64,000 nucleotides of DNA from Chiloscyllium plagiosum. Lineage: Eukaryota. The stretch is taken from assembly GCF_004010195.1 (NCBI RefSeq), contig NC_057719.1, positions 45,876,782 through 45,940,781 on the forward strand. Reading direction: 5' to 3'. The translations under genes and the position numbers were made by a program. Numbering within the stretch: position 1 is the stretch's first letter; every line of letters starts with the position of its first letter. This document shows, piece by piece, positions 13,001-24,439 of this stretch. The notes under the pieces were generated by a model that had not been told where the DNA came from, searched no databases, and saw only the letters and a list, made by a program, of their open reading frames with translations.

Positions 13001-14490
13001 CATACACATACCACCCTCTGCGTGAAAAAATGTTTTAGGTCTTTTTTATATTTTTCCCCTCTCACCCTAAACTTATGCCCTCTAGTTCTGGATTCCCCCA
13101 CCTCAGGGAAAAGACTTTGTCTATTTATCCTATCCATGCCCCTCATGATTTTATAAACCTCTTTAAGGTCACCCCTCAGCTTCTGATACTCCATGGAAAA
13201 TTGCCCTCGCCTCTCCCTGTAGCTCAAATCCTCCAACTCTGGCAACATCTTTGTAAATCTTTTCAGAACCCTTTCAAGTTTCACAACATCCTTCCAATAG
13301 GAAGAAGACCAGAATTGCACGCAATATTCCAACAGTGGCCTAACCAACATCCTGTACAGCTGCAACATGACCTCCCAACTCCTGTACTCGATACTCTGAA
13401 TCAATTTAGTTCAAGGCAGAACCCAGATTTAGTTATGATTCTAGTTCATGATCACAATCCAGTGTCTCATACTAAATAGATCTGGTCTGGATATTCAAAG
13501 ATAGAACTGGATAAGGCGGTGATGCCTTCTGCGCAGGGAGAAAGTGAGGACTGCAGATGCAGGAGATCAGTCAAAACGTGTGGCGCTGAAAAAGCACAGC
13601 AGGTCAGACAGCATCCGAGGAGCAGGAGCGTCGACGTTTCCCGTAGAAGCTCTTCATCAGGAAGAGTTTGGGACTCATGCCCCCTCCACAGTTACATGTT
13701 CTGAATATTCCCATACAAGTTCCCCTCATCCAAGCAGTTAGTAACTTCAGAAGAAGTGGGCATAAAAAATGACAACACTTCTACATGCAAGTTCAGTTGA
13801 ATATCTGCAATCCTATGGGTAGGGATGAAATTTTCTAGCTTGACTTAGTGACTCACTGACTTCAACGTGCATCGGATAATTATGAACCAAAGGAAATTTA
13901 ACTTACCATGGTTGGAAAGATGTTTGTTAATTTGTAAAAGTCCTCACACAGACACACCCTCTGATTAATAAGCAGAGTTGTGGTTAATGCTTGGTGACCT
14001 TTTCTTTTCTCGCCTCGACTCTGACCCGATACAATAGCTTTCTCATTCCGCATTGACTACGTGCTCAATCAACCGTTCACGTCTCAGACAGGGGCGAGCT
14101 GGCATCTTGCACAAAGCAACATCAGATACGCGGTACCTAGCGCATCCAAACTTAGAAACAGCATCAAGTATAAAAGAAGGTGGCCTTGCTCTGCACCAGA
14201 CATACCCCACTGTTATTAGCACTCTATTTGGGGGACATCGCTAGACTTAATGTCCTACATGGTTCTCATAAATGTGAGGGGGAGGGGAGGTTTACACACG
14301 CAACAAAGTAACTATGTTTTACACAGTTCAGATAAACCCTCACATATTCACATGAAATTATCAACAAAGATCCACCGTGTGTTACCTGATAGGAACATTT
14401 TTGTTCATCCACCTGCCCCTTTAAAGTCTGATGCTGTTTACACCGGGCTGAAAGTACACAAGAAAACAGCAAAAGGACCAGTGTCAACAT
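982..14490 (-). CDS. ERO1A: ER oxidoreductase 1 alpha, coding exons 1-6; gene continues beyond the left edge
   Basis: Exons 14490-14386, 6161-6042, 5949-5866, 3683-3645, 2667-2582 and 1055-982, all GT-AG and in phase. Translation ...[64 protein letters not shown]... matches ERO1A; position next to PSMC6 supports the alpha paralog. Confidence 0.95.
1160..2215 (+). mobile_element. Decayed LINE (APE endonuclease plus RT fragments, internally deleted)
   Basis: WVGDLNVHH endonuclease motif joined to [11 protein letters not shown] motif. Confidence 0.8.
2582..2667 (-). CDS. ERO1A: ERO1A exon 5
   Basis: 86 nt, [28 protein letters not shown](S). Confidence 0.92.
3645..3683 (-). CDS. ERO1A: ERO1A exon 4
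   Basis: 39 nt, [13 protein letters not shown] (human DEVPDGIKSASYK), polyT-CAG acceptor, GTATG donor. Confidence 0.9.
3786..5700 (-). mobile_element. CR1-type LINE, 3' portion
   Basis: RT-type reading on - strand, CR1 3' tail at ~3786; interrupted by a SINE. Confidence 0.8.
5078..5397 (-). mobile_element. tRNA-derived V-SINE (HE1-like), full length
   Basis: GGGCGGCACGGTGGCACAGTGGTTAGCAC head with A/B boxes, GTGTGGAGTTTGCAC core, (AATCT)n tail; nested in CR1. Confidence 0.9.
5866..5949 (-). CDS. ERO1A: ERO1A exon 3 (shuttle cysteines)
   Basis: 84 nt, [28 protein letters not shown]. Confidence 0.96.
6042..6161 (-). CDS. ERO1A: ERO1A exon 2
   Basis: 120 nt, [44 protein letters not shown] bounded. 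Confidence 0.96.
7345..7985 (+). mobile_element. CR1/HER1-type LINE 3' end
   Basis: [13 protein letters not shown]...WSP; near-identical to 12790-13400 and 21840-22590 in opposite orientation. Confidence 0.88.
8428..9635 (-). mobile_element. Penelope-like element spanning the gap
   Basis: Terminus nearly identical to that at ~51826; RT-type peptide HPDLKFTWT on - strand right of the gap. Confidence 0.75.
8559..9377. other. Assembly gap (819 N)
   Basis: Run of N; both flanks are Penelope-like sequence. Confidence 1.
10080..11030 (+). mobile_element. Old CR1 LINE 3' portion
   Basis: SKFVDDAKL motif, CR1 3' UTR. Confidence 0.8.
11171..11782. repeat. Possible solo LTR in ERO1A intron 1
   Basis: TGTGAT...ATGACA termini (5/6 inverted match), ~610 bp, internal TATAA; no clear TSD. 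Confidence 0.3.
12790..13400 (-). mobile_element. CR1/HER1-type LINE 3' end
   Basis: [21 protein letters not shown]. Confidence 0.9.
13535..13665 (-). mobile_element. Short Penelope terminus
   Basis: GAGAAAGTGAGGACTGCAGATGC...GACGTTTC...CTTCATCAGG. Confidence 0.8.
14386..14490 (-). CDS. ERO1A: ERO1A exon 1 (signal peptide)
   Basis: [35 protein letters not shown]: hydrophobic leader, phase-0 donor CAG|GTAAC, locally CpG-richer sequence. Confidence 0.8.
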
Positions 14491-14499
14491 GATAAGAAA

Positions 14500-14950
14500 C
14501 ACTTAATCTCGCCTTATACGATCAAATAAGCTGCTCCGATCCAAATTCTACAAAAGATAATTGAACAAACTCGACTCATTGAAAGTTGGCTGGTAAAGAG
14601 AAGTCCCGCCTTCTTGTAAATTTCACGTTGCTTCCTGGTCTGGTGCGTAACATCAAACTCGCACGTCGCCACATTGCAAATACCTGGCAAGGATAGGGTC
14701 TTTGCGTGTGTTTGATTTATTTAAAGGTATGCAGTCTGATGTATTGTATAACACATAAAGACTCGCATACTGTTCTATACAGAAAATTGTATTTTTTTAT
14801 GGCATGACTGTTGAGTATTTTAGCGTCAGTAACCCCAATTCCGCCTTGGACTGAACTGATTGGTTTCCAAAGAATGACGTTGAAATAAGGTTTATTGGCA
14901 CAGACCGCACAACATGTTTGTCCTCAAATTAGTAGACTACGTTTTGCAAC
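14500..14950 (-). promoter_or_regulatory. ERO1A proximal promoter
   Basis: CpG-enriched region upstream of exon 1 with GC-box-like CCCGCC, RCGTG cores and a CCAAT box. Confidence 0.55.
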
Positions 14951-15659
14951 TGTACTTCTTTAATTACAAGATTTCAGATTATTCTTTCACCAAAGAGTGT
15001 AACAGAATCAAGAATTGTCTCACATATTGATGCCAAAGTTTAACAACAGTCACAGGGATATAATGCAAATTATGTAAACAGTCTGGCTATCTCATTTGTT
15101 TATATCGTAGAAGTCTCCAAATCAAGTCTGACTGGGAACTATTTCCCCCGAGTAGAAAAGGCAAGTGTACATGCAATGGATTCATTATTAATTGAGAAAT
15201 AAACATTCTATTTATTTTCTCGAAATTTTAACTACAATAATTTCAGCATCTATCACTAAAGAAAATTAATCGAGGGATATGGGTTAGGCTGACAAAGTCG
15301 GTGGTTATTGCCCTTTCCTAATTGCTCAGAGGACAGGAAAGAGTCAGTTAGGTTTAAGTGGATCTGGAGTCACATGTAGACAAGACCAGCTAAAGGTGAC
15401 AGATTTCGGAGACATTTTTTACTACAGTCTTGTTCTAAGACAATGTCCCTATTTAGGATTCAAATTATGGAGCAACATTTTTGCTTTTGTTATCTTGACC
15501 AGGATTCAAATGTTATCATCTTCTTTACCTATGGAATAACTGATCGCATATTCTTTTAATTCACTTGCCAGCTGTTCTTAAACGTCTTCACTCAACTGTA
15601 ATGCATCTTCATGTTTTCACTTTTAGAACAAAGAATAAAGTTGTAATAAATAATTGTTT

Positions 15660-16220
15660 CTATTATTCTGCTAGATTCAACCAATTCCATAATCTCTTCC
15701 AGTAAGCTGGTAGAGATTGACCAGAGAATTGTACACATTGGAACCAACAATACAAGAAGGGAAAAGGATGAGACTCTGAAGGGAAAATATAGAGAGTTAG
15801 GCAGGAATTTAAAAAAGGAGGTCCTCAAGACTAGTAATATCTGGATTACTCCTGGTGCTACGAGCTAGTGAGGGTAGGAATAGGAAGATAGAACAGATGA
15901 ATGCGTGGCGGAGGAGCTGGTGTATGGTAAGGATTCACATTTTTTAGATCATTGGAATCTCTTCTGGGATAGAAGTGACCTGTATAAGAAGGATGGATTG
16001 TGTCTGAATTGGAAGGGTACTAATATACTGGTAGGAAGATTTGCTAGAGCTGCTCGGGAGGATTTAAACTGGCAAGGTTGGGGATGGAGGTGGGCCCAGG
16101 GAGATAGTGAGGAAAGAGATCAATCTGAGACTGGTACAGTTGAGAAAAGAAGCGAGTCAAACAGTCAGGGCAGACAGGGACAAGGTAGGACTAATAAATT
16201 AAACTGCATTTATTTTGAAG
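15660..16220 (+). mobile_element. CR1 ORF1 (esterase-type) fragment
   Basis: VHIGTNN, FLDHWNLFW...LYKKDGLCLN. Confidence 0.75.
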
Positions 16221-16307
16221 TGAGAGATGGCATGGAGCAGGGTGACATGAGGCACATGGACACACAAGATGTCTGCTGAGCCATCAGTTGGCCACTTAAC
16301 ACATAAG

Positions 16308-16506
16308 GAGAAAGTGATGTGCAGATGCTGGAGATCAGAGCTGAAAATGTGTTGCTGGAAAAACGCAGCAGGTCAGGCAGCATCCAAGGAGCAGGAAAAT
16401 CAGCGTTTCGGGCATGAGCCCTTCTTCAGGAATCCCCGAAATATCGATTTTCCTGCTCCTTGGATGCTGCCTGACCTGCTGCACTTTTCCAGCAACTCAT
16501 TTTCAG
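16308..16506. mobile_element. Fold-back Penelope-terminus mini-element
   Basis: Inverted arms of ~70-80 bp; TSD CACTT(A/G)ACACATAAG at 16293 and 16507. Confidence 0.85.
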
Positions 16507-17585
16507 CACTTGACACATAAGTTGGTCGCCGGACCACAATATGCAGAGCAAATACACTGTCTGGGGCCATCAGAAGGCCAGCACAATGCATTCACAACCT
16601 ACTTAGTTAGTTTAAGGCAGGTGGGTGAGAGAATACACATGAGTAGCGTATACTGCCTGCTGAAGTGTCTGGGTCCAGCCAACACCTTTTATGGAAATGC
16701 TAACAGCTTGGTATGGACCCAGTACAGAGTGCTAATAGCCAGGGCTGCAGTAACCGTCCTTCTCAGGAAGAGCAATTAGCAGTCATTACTAGACCATTCT
16801 CTCGCTTTCTCCCTGTAACCCTTGATCATTTTGACAATCAAGAAACTATCTATCCCTCTTGTCTTAAATACGCTTAATGAGCTGTCCCCCACAGCCTTCT
16901 GTGGCAATAAATTCCATTGATTCACCACTCTCTGGCTGAGGAAGTTTCTCCTTACCTCCATTCTAAAGGGTCCTCCCCTTAGTCTGTGCCCTCAAGTCCC
17001 AGTCTCTCCTGCCAATGGAAACATTTTCCCAACATCCACTCTGTTCAGGCCATTCAATACTCTGTAAGTTTCAATCAGATCCCCCCTCATCCTTCTAAAC
17101 TCCATTGAGTATACACCCAGAGTCCTCAAATGTTCCTCATATGTTAAGCCTTTCATTCCTGGGATCATTCTCTTGAACATCCTCTGGATCTGCTCTAGAG
17201 CCAGTACATCCTTCCTGAGGTATCGGGTCCAAAATTGCGCACAATGTGATCTGACATTTATAAAGCCTCAGAAGTACATCCCTGCTTTTATATTCAAGTC
17301 GTCTCAAAATAAAAGCCAATATTATATTTGCCTTCCTCACTACCGATTCAATCTGCAAGGTTACCTCAAGTAAATCCTGGACTAGAACTCCCAAGTCCCT
17401 TTGCACTTCAGATTTCTGAATTTTCTCCCCAATCAGAAATGCCCCTATTCCCCCTACCGAAGTCATGACCTCACACTTTCCCACATTGTATTCTATCTGC
17501 CACTTCTTTGCCCACTGTCCTAACTTGTCTAATCTTTTCTGTGGCCTCCCCACCTCTTCAATACTACCTGTCCCTCTACTTATCA

Positions 17586-17890
17586 GTGGCTCAGTGGTTA
17601 GCACTGCTGCCTCACAACACCAGGGTCCCTGGTTCAATTCCAGCCTCGGATGACTGTCTTTGTGGAGTTTGCATGTTCTCCCCATGTCTGCGTGGATTTC
17701 CTCCGGATGCTCTGGTTTCCTCCCACAATCCAAAGATGTGTGGGCCAGGTGAATTGGCCATGCTAAATTGCCCATAGTGTTAGTTGCATTAGTCGGAGGG
17801 GATTGGGTCAGGGTGGGTTACTCTTCAGAGGGTCGGTGTGGACTGGTTGGGCCGAAGGGCCTGTTTCCACACTGTAGGGAATCTAATCTA
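17586..17890 (+). mobile_element. HE1-like V-SINE nested in CR1
   Basis: Same head, core and tail. Confidence 0.9.
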
Positions 17891-19704
17891 AATTTGCAAA
17901 TATAGCCAGAATGCTCTCAGTTCCTTCATACAGATTATTAATGCATAAAGTGAAAAGCTGTGGTCCCAATAGTTGGGACCACTGAACCTTCTGGAACACC
18001 ACTTGTCACAGGCTGCCACCCTGAGAAGGATCCTTTTATCCCCACTGTCTGCTTTCTGGCAGACAGCTTTTAACACCATGGGCTCTTATCTCACTCAGCA
18101 GCCTTCTGTGAGGCAACTTGTCAAAGGCCTTCTGGAAGTCCAGGTAGATAACATCCATTGAGTCTAACCTGCTCATTACCTCCTCAAAGAATTCTAACAG
18201 ATTTGTCAGGCATAACCTCCATTTGATGAAACTATGCTGACTCCGCCCTAAGTATTTACCAAGTATTCAGAAATCTCATCCTTCACAATGGACTCCAAAA
18301 TCATACCAACAGCTGAGGTCAGGCTAATCGGCCTGTAATTTTGCATCTTTTGCCTCACTCCCTTCTTAAATGGGGGGGTTACATTAGCGATTTTCCAGTC
18401 CTCTGGGATCCTCCCTGATGGCAGTGATTCCTGAAAGATCACCACTCATGCCTCCACTATATCTTCAGCTATCTCATTCAGAACTCTGGGATGTAATCCA
18501 TCCAGGCCAGATGATTTATCCAGCTTCAGACCTTCCAGTTTTTCTTGCATCTTTTCCTTGGTGATGGCCGTCATATTCACCTCTTCCACTCCCCCCCCCC
18601 CCCCAAATTCCCTTGAATCTTTATGATTTAACTCGTGTCTTCCATCATGAAGACTGACGCAAAGTAATTATTCAGTTCCTCAGCCATTTCTTCATTCCCC
18701 ATTACTACTTCTCCAGCGTCATTTTCCAGCAGCCCAATGTCCACTTCTGCTTCTCTTTCACATTTCTCTTGCAATCTTCTTTTATATTACTGGCTAGCTT
18801 ATCCTCATATTTAATCTTCTCCCTCCTTATTTGTTTTTTTTGGTGTCCTCTGTTGATCTTTGCAGGCTTTCCAATCCTCTGGCTTCCCACTGCCCTTGAC
18901 CCCATTATATGCTGTCCCTGGTTTCCCTTGTCAGCCATGCTTCCCTCATCATCCCTTTGGTTTGCTTCTTTTTTACTCAGGATGAATTTCTGCTATGTCT
19001 CCCAAATTACTCCCAGAAACTCCTGCCACTGCTGTCCCACTGTCTTTCCTGCTAGGCTCTTCTCCCAGTCAATTCTGGTCAGCTCACTCATGCATCTGTA
19101 GTTGCATTTATTCAACTGTAATACATCAGATGTTCAACACCTTCTCCCTCTCACATTGTAGACCAAATTCTATCAAATTGTGGTCAGTGCCTCCTAACAG
19201 TTCCTTCACCTTAAGCTCCTTTATCAACTCTGCCTCATTGCACAACACTAAGTCCAGTATTTCCTGTTCTGTAGTGGGCTCCACCACAAGATGCTCCAAA
19301 AAGCCATCTAGTAGACATTCCACAAATTCCTTTTCTACTACCACTACCAACCTGATTTTCCCAGTCCACCTGCATATTGAAATCCCCCATGACCACTGTA
19401 ACTTTGCCTTTCTTACACACCTCTTCTATCTCCTTGCATATCTTGTGCCCCAAATCCTGAATACTGTTTGGAGGCCCATACATAACTCCCATTATGGTTT
19501 TTTACCAATTGCAGTTTCTCAACTCTATCCACACAGATTCTACATCATCTGACCCTAATTCATTTCTTTGCTTAAATAATAGTATACGCTTGGATATTTG
19601 GCTCCCAGTCCCAATCCCCTTGCAGGCATGTCTCCGTGATGCCTACCATGTCATACCTGCCAATTTTGATCTGTGCCACAAGCTCATTTACCTTATTTCA
19701 TATA

Positions 19705-19879
19705 CAGAGGAGCCTCGATTATTTGAATGACATGAGTGTGGAGTATTTTGTTCTGATAATCAACTGTTGGATAATTGAAAGCCGGATAACACAGCTTAGC
19801 AAAGAATCGAGACCCTACAATCTTGTCTGGATAATCCAAATTTCAAATAATCAAATGCTGAATAATCAAGGTTCCTCTG
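19705..19879. mobile_element. Tc1/pogo (Tigger-like) MITE
   Basis: TIRs CAGAGGAGCCTCGATTATT / AATAATCAAGGTTCCTCTG, TA target duplication, inserted in CR1. Confidence 0.85.
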
Positions 19880-20317
19880 TACTGCGTGCATTCAGGTACA
19901 ACACCTTCAGTCCTATATCGATCATTCATCTTCTCATTGTCATTCGTCTAACCGGTGTACTTGAAGTTTGATACCTAACTCTTACCCTTTTCCCAACCCG
20001 GTTCAGGTGGAGAAGCGGTATTGAATCCCAATGGTACAGATCTCTCCTGTTCCAATGCTAATGCCAATGCCACATGAAATGGATCTCCTCTTTCCCATAC
20101 TGCTCTTTTAGTGACGAGTTTACTTCCCTTATTCTCGTGTCCCTATGCCAATTTGCACATGGGGCTTAGGCAGTGATACGGAGATTATAACCCTTGAGGA
20201 CCTGTTCTTTTATTTAGTTCCAAGATCCTGATAATCAATAAACAGGTCCTCTTTCCTAGTCTTGCCTATGTTATTTGTCCTGATGTGGACCACAATGACT
20301 GGATCCTCTGGATCTTT

Positions 20318-20446
20318 AGACAGTGGGAGGAAATTGGAGCAGACTCGGGGAGAATATGCAAACTCCACACAGACCATAACCCAAGGCTGGAATCAAATTG
20401 GCTCCCTGATGCTGTGAGGCAGCAGTGCTAACCACTGTGCCACTAT
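20318..20446 (-). mobile_element. HE1-like V-SINE, 5' part
   Basis: Reverse complement of SINE head and core. Confidence 0.8.
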
Positions 20447-20477
20447 GCTACCCAAAGTGCTGCCTCCCTTATTATGC

Positions 20478-20785
20478 GGGCGGCACGGTTGCTCAGTGGT
20501 TAGAACGGCTGCCTCATAGTACCAGGGTCCTAGGTTCGATTCCAGCCTCAGGCAACTGTCTGTGTGGAGTTTGCACATTCTCCCCATGTCTGCGTGGATT
20601 TCCTATGGGTGCTCTGGTTTCCTCCTACAGTCCAAAGATGTGCAGGTCAGATGAATTGACTATGCTAAGTTTCCCATAGTGTTAGGTACATTAGTCAGAA
20701 AGAAATGGGTTACTCTTTGGAGGGTCGGTGCAGACTTGTTGGGCTGAAGGGCCTGTTTCCACAGTGTAGGGAATCTAATCTAATC
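20478..20785 (+). mobile_element. HE1-like V-SINE, full length
   Basis: Head, core, (AATCT)n tail. Confidence 0.9.
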
Positions 20786-21735
20786 ATTATTTCTGATATT
20801 CATAAATGACAAGTATGTTTGCGGATGACACAAAGTTTAGCTGTGTGTTTAACACCGAAGAGAAAAGTGTTAGGATAGAGGAAGATGTAAATGGATTGTC
20901 ATATCGACAGATCAGTGGCAGCTGGAATTTAACCCTAATAAGTGTGAATGATGCACTTTGGAAAAAGGATAAAGACAAGGGACTGCTAAATGAATGGCAC
21001 GAGCCATGGAAGCAGAGGAACTTCAAAAGAACAGAGGGACGATTGGGTGCTTGCCTAATGATCCATGAAGATGGCAGGACAGCTTAATAGGGTACGTAAG
21101 AAGGCATATGGGTTGCTTGCTTGTATCAGTTGTGGCACTGATATAGGGGCTGTACAGGACTATGGTTAGGCCATAGCCGGAGTTTTGTCAGTAGTTCTGA
21201 CAACCACATTATAGGGATGATGTGATTGCACTGAAGGGGTTGAAAAAGGAGATTCACCAGCATAATGCCTGTGATGAAGCATTGCATCTAAGAGGCTGGA
21301 TAAGCTTGGTTGTTTTCTTTGGAGCAGAGAAGGTTGAAAGGTGATAAAGGTGTATAAGGTATTGAGAAGCATGGACACTGTATTTAGAAAGCACCTGGTC
21401 CCCACCCCCCAACCTACCCACCTTTGTTAAAGGGTCAATAACAAAGGGGTATGATTTTAAAGTGAAGGCAAGCAGGGAGTTAGACAGGATTTGAGGAAAT
21501 TCTTTTTCACCCAGAGCATCATGGGGGGTCTAAAATGCATTTCCTGGAGGGTTGTCTAAGCAGGAAATCTCATAACCTTTAAAAAGTATTTGGATGAGCA
21601 CTTAAAGTATCATAACATTCAAGTCTATGCAAGTAATGTGGGAATGTGGGACTCATGTAGATAGTCGTATATTTTTGGTGGTACAAACTTGATAGGATGA
21701 AGGCCCTCTTCTATACTGTATGATTCTATGATTCT
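20786..21735 (+). mobile_element. CR1 LINE 3' portion
   Basis: SMFADDTK, (ATTCTATG)n tail. Confidence 0.82.
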
Positions 21736-21839
21736 ATACCCCTCCCTTAAATGCCATCCCGGTCCTATCCCTTCCATATCATCCCCACCTGACTCTTGTT
21801 ACCATCAAACTTTTGACTAAACAATCTTTCCATCCTAGG

Positions 21840-22590
21840 TCATAGAGTCATAGAGATGTACAGCATGGAAACAGATCCTTCGGTCCAACCCGTCCATGCT
21901 GACCAGATATCCCAACCCAATCTAGTCCCATCTGCCAGCACCCGGCCCATATCCCTCTAAACTCTTCCTATTCACATACCCATCCAAATGCCTCTTAAAT
22001 GTTGCAATTGTACCAACCTCCATCACTTCCTCTGGCAGCTCATTCCATACACATACCACCCTCTGCCCCTTAGGTCTCTTTTATATCTTTCCCCTCTCAT
22101 TCTAAACTTATGCCCTCTAGTTCTGGACTCCTCGACCCCCAGGGAAAAGACTTTGTCTATTTATCCTATCCATGCCCCTCATAATTTTGTAAACCTCTGT
22201 AAGTTCACCCCTCAGCCTCCGACGCTCCAGTGAAAACAGCTCCAGCCTGTTCAGCGTCTCCCCATAGCTCAAATCCTCCAACCCTGGCAACATCCTTGTA
22301 AACCTTTTCTGAAACCTTTCAAGTTTCACAACATCTTTCCGATAGGAAGGAGACCAGAATTGCATGCAATACTCCAACATTGGCTTAACCAATGCCCTGT
22401 ACAGCTGCAACATGACCTCCCAACTCCTGTACTCAACACTCTGACCAATAAAAGAAAGCATACCAAACGCCATCTTCACTATCCTATCTACCTGCGACTC
22501 CACTTTCAAGGAGCTATGAACCTGCATTCCAAGGTCTCTTTGTTCAGCAACACTCTCTATACACTTATACATTAAGTGTATAAGTCCTGC
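21840..22590 (-). mobile_element. CR1/HER1-type LINE 3' end
   Basis: ORF LYRALVKPMLEYCMQFWSP. Confidence 0.9.
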
Positions 22591-24439
22591 TAATAGTAAC
22601 TTTGGACTCTTGTTAGTATTTATTTTCCTCTAAAATACCTCACGTTGCTGTTGCTAGGATTGTCATGGGCAGCCCCACATACACTGCACTTATGCCTTTA
22701 TGTATTTTTATTATTGTTCACCACAGAAATTGGGTAAGATATTGAAATGACTAAATTCGTGAAGATTGAAGACTTGGCTGAAATACTAACCTAGCTTTGA
22801 CTTATAGGAGGAATCTCCAGGGTAAACCTCAGAGGGAAAGTCAATCTTACATTACAAACTATCTGGCTCGGAAAGGAGAATAGAAGCAATGGCTTGGGAG
22901 CAGAATATAGTTTTTGTTCCAGGAAATAAAGTATCCACCTTAGGGGCAGTGTAAAGTATAGCCATGGCAGGAATTTTTGAAAATGTTAAAACTTAAAAGA
23001 GTGAATTTATGTTGCCTACAAAAATATCATTTTTGACTTTAGTTTGTCTGTTACAGTAGAAATATTCCAACTTAAAATCTGATTTTGTAATCCTCCCATC
23101 AGTCACTGGAAACTCAAGTAACCTTTGAAAGCAATTAGTTTCCACAGTAGCATACCTGTCTATTGACGGCACCCCTCAATTTAGTGTCATCTGTAAATTT
23201 TGAAACTGACTTTCAATTCCCAATTTCAAAATGTCTACGTACATACTGGATAGCAGTGTTTCCGGATCTTGTCATTATGGATCACCATTTCACACCATTT
23301 GCCAATCTGAGCAACCATCTGATATCCCAATTCTCTTTGCCTTTGTAAGCAGCTTACCACCTATCCTGCTACTTAGCACATGTTCCATTTTTTTCTGAAT
23401 TTAGTTTATGATGTAAACCTTATTGATAGCCTTATGAAAGTCTAAATTTTTTTCTACCTTTACCTTTACCTAATACTTTAACCTTTCAGGTTACACTGGA
23501 ACAGAAATAGGCCATCTAAGTTTTAAACTTCTTCAACACATTGCAAGTAAAAGTGTTTCCTAATTTCATTTCTGAAAAGACTGACTATAATTTTTAGACT
23601 TTGTCTGATAATGTCACATTCCCAACCAGCAGAAATAATTTATCTCTATGTCCCCTTATTAGTGCCCCTTAGTATCTTGAAAACTTGAATCAAACCATCC
23701 TTTCACCTGGGACCAAACCATCTGGTCCTCAGGATTATCACTTTGAAGTGCCATTATTTTCTTCATTGCTGTTATTCTGCTTATATAGCTTTTGGTGAGT
23801 CTCACACACAGAAACATAGAAAATAGCCCTTCAGGCCTGCTCTGCCAATTTGATCATGGCTGTTCATCCAACTCAGTCCCCTGTTCTCACTTTCTCCCCC
23901 ACTTAAATTCATTAATCCCCTCACACAGTCCTTGATTCCCCTCTCTATTCCTGATTCAACATCAGCTTCCTTGGAATGTTGAGCATGTTATCCTCTTCCT
24001 CAAACACAAAGACCAATGTAAAGTCATTATTTAACATGCTCACCATTACTTTATATCACCATGATCAGGATAGGGTGCATAATGTGTGGATAACCAAGGA
24101 AATTAAAGGTATGCTATGAAGATGTGTTATCAGAATTATCAATTTAAAAGTAATTGATGAGACAAATATTTATCTCTTGGAATTTTTGGAAAAATGCTGC
24201 TACAGTTCGGAAAAATATTGCCTTTAAAAGACCATGAATTGTTTGAATGGAGATACCAAATGTATAATATTTTCAGAAAGAGGTCATCTCGCTCACATTG
24301 TGGGTGGAAAGGTATATATTAGATTTGAACATAAACAGTCAAAGAGATAACTTTGATAATTTAGAGTGACAGGCTTTGTCGTATCTATTGTTTTTCTAAA
24401 CTCTTTTTGATCAAAGTTTGTGAGTTGTAAGCCCACTGC

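Larger units (their letters stand above)
16780..20310 (-). mobile_element. Long decayed CR1 LINE (ORF1 end, endonuclease, RT)
   Basis: VVMGDFN, ILDLVLCN, NYRPISLTS motifs; nested SINE and MITE. Confidence 0.9.
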
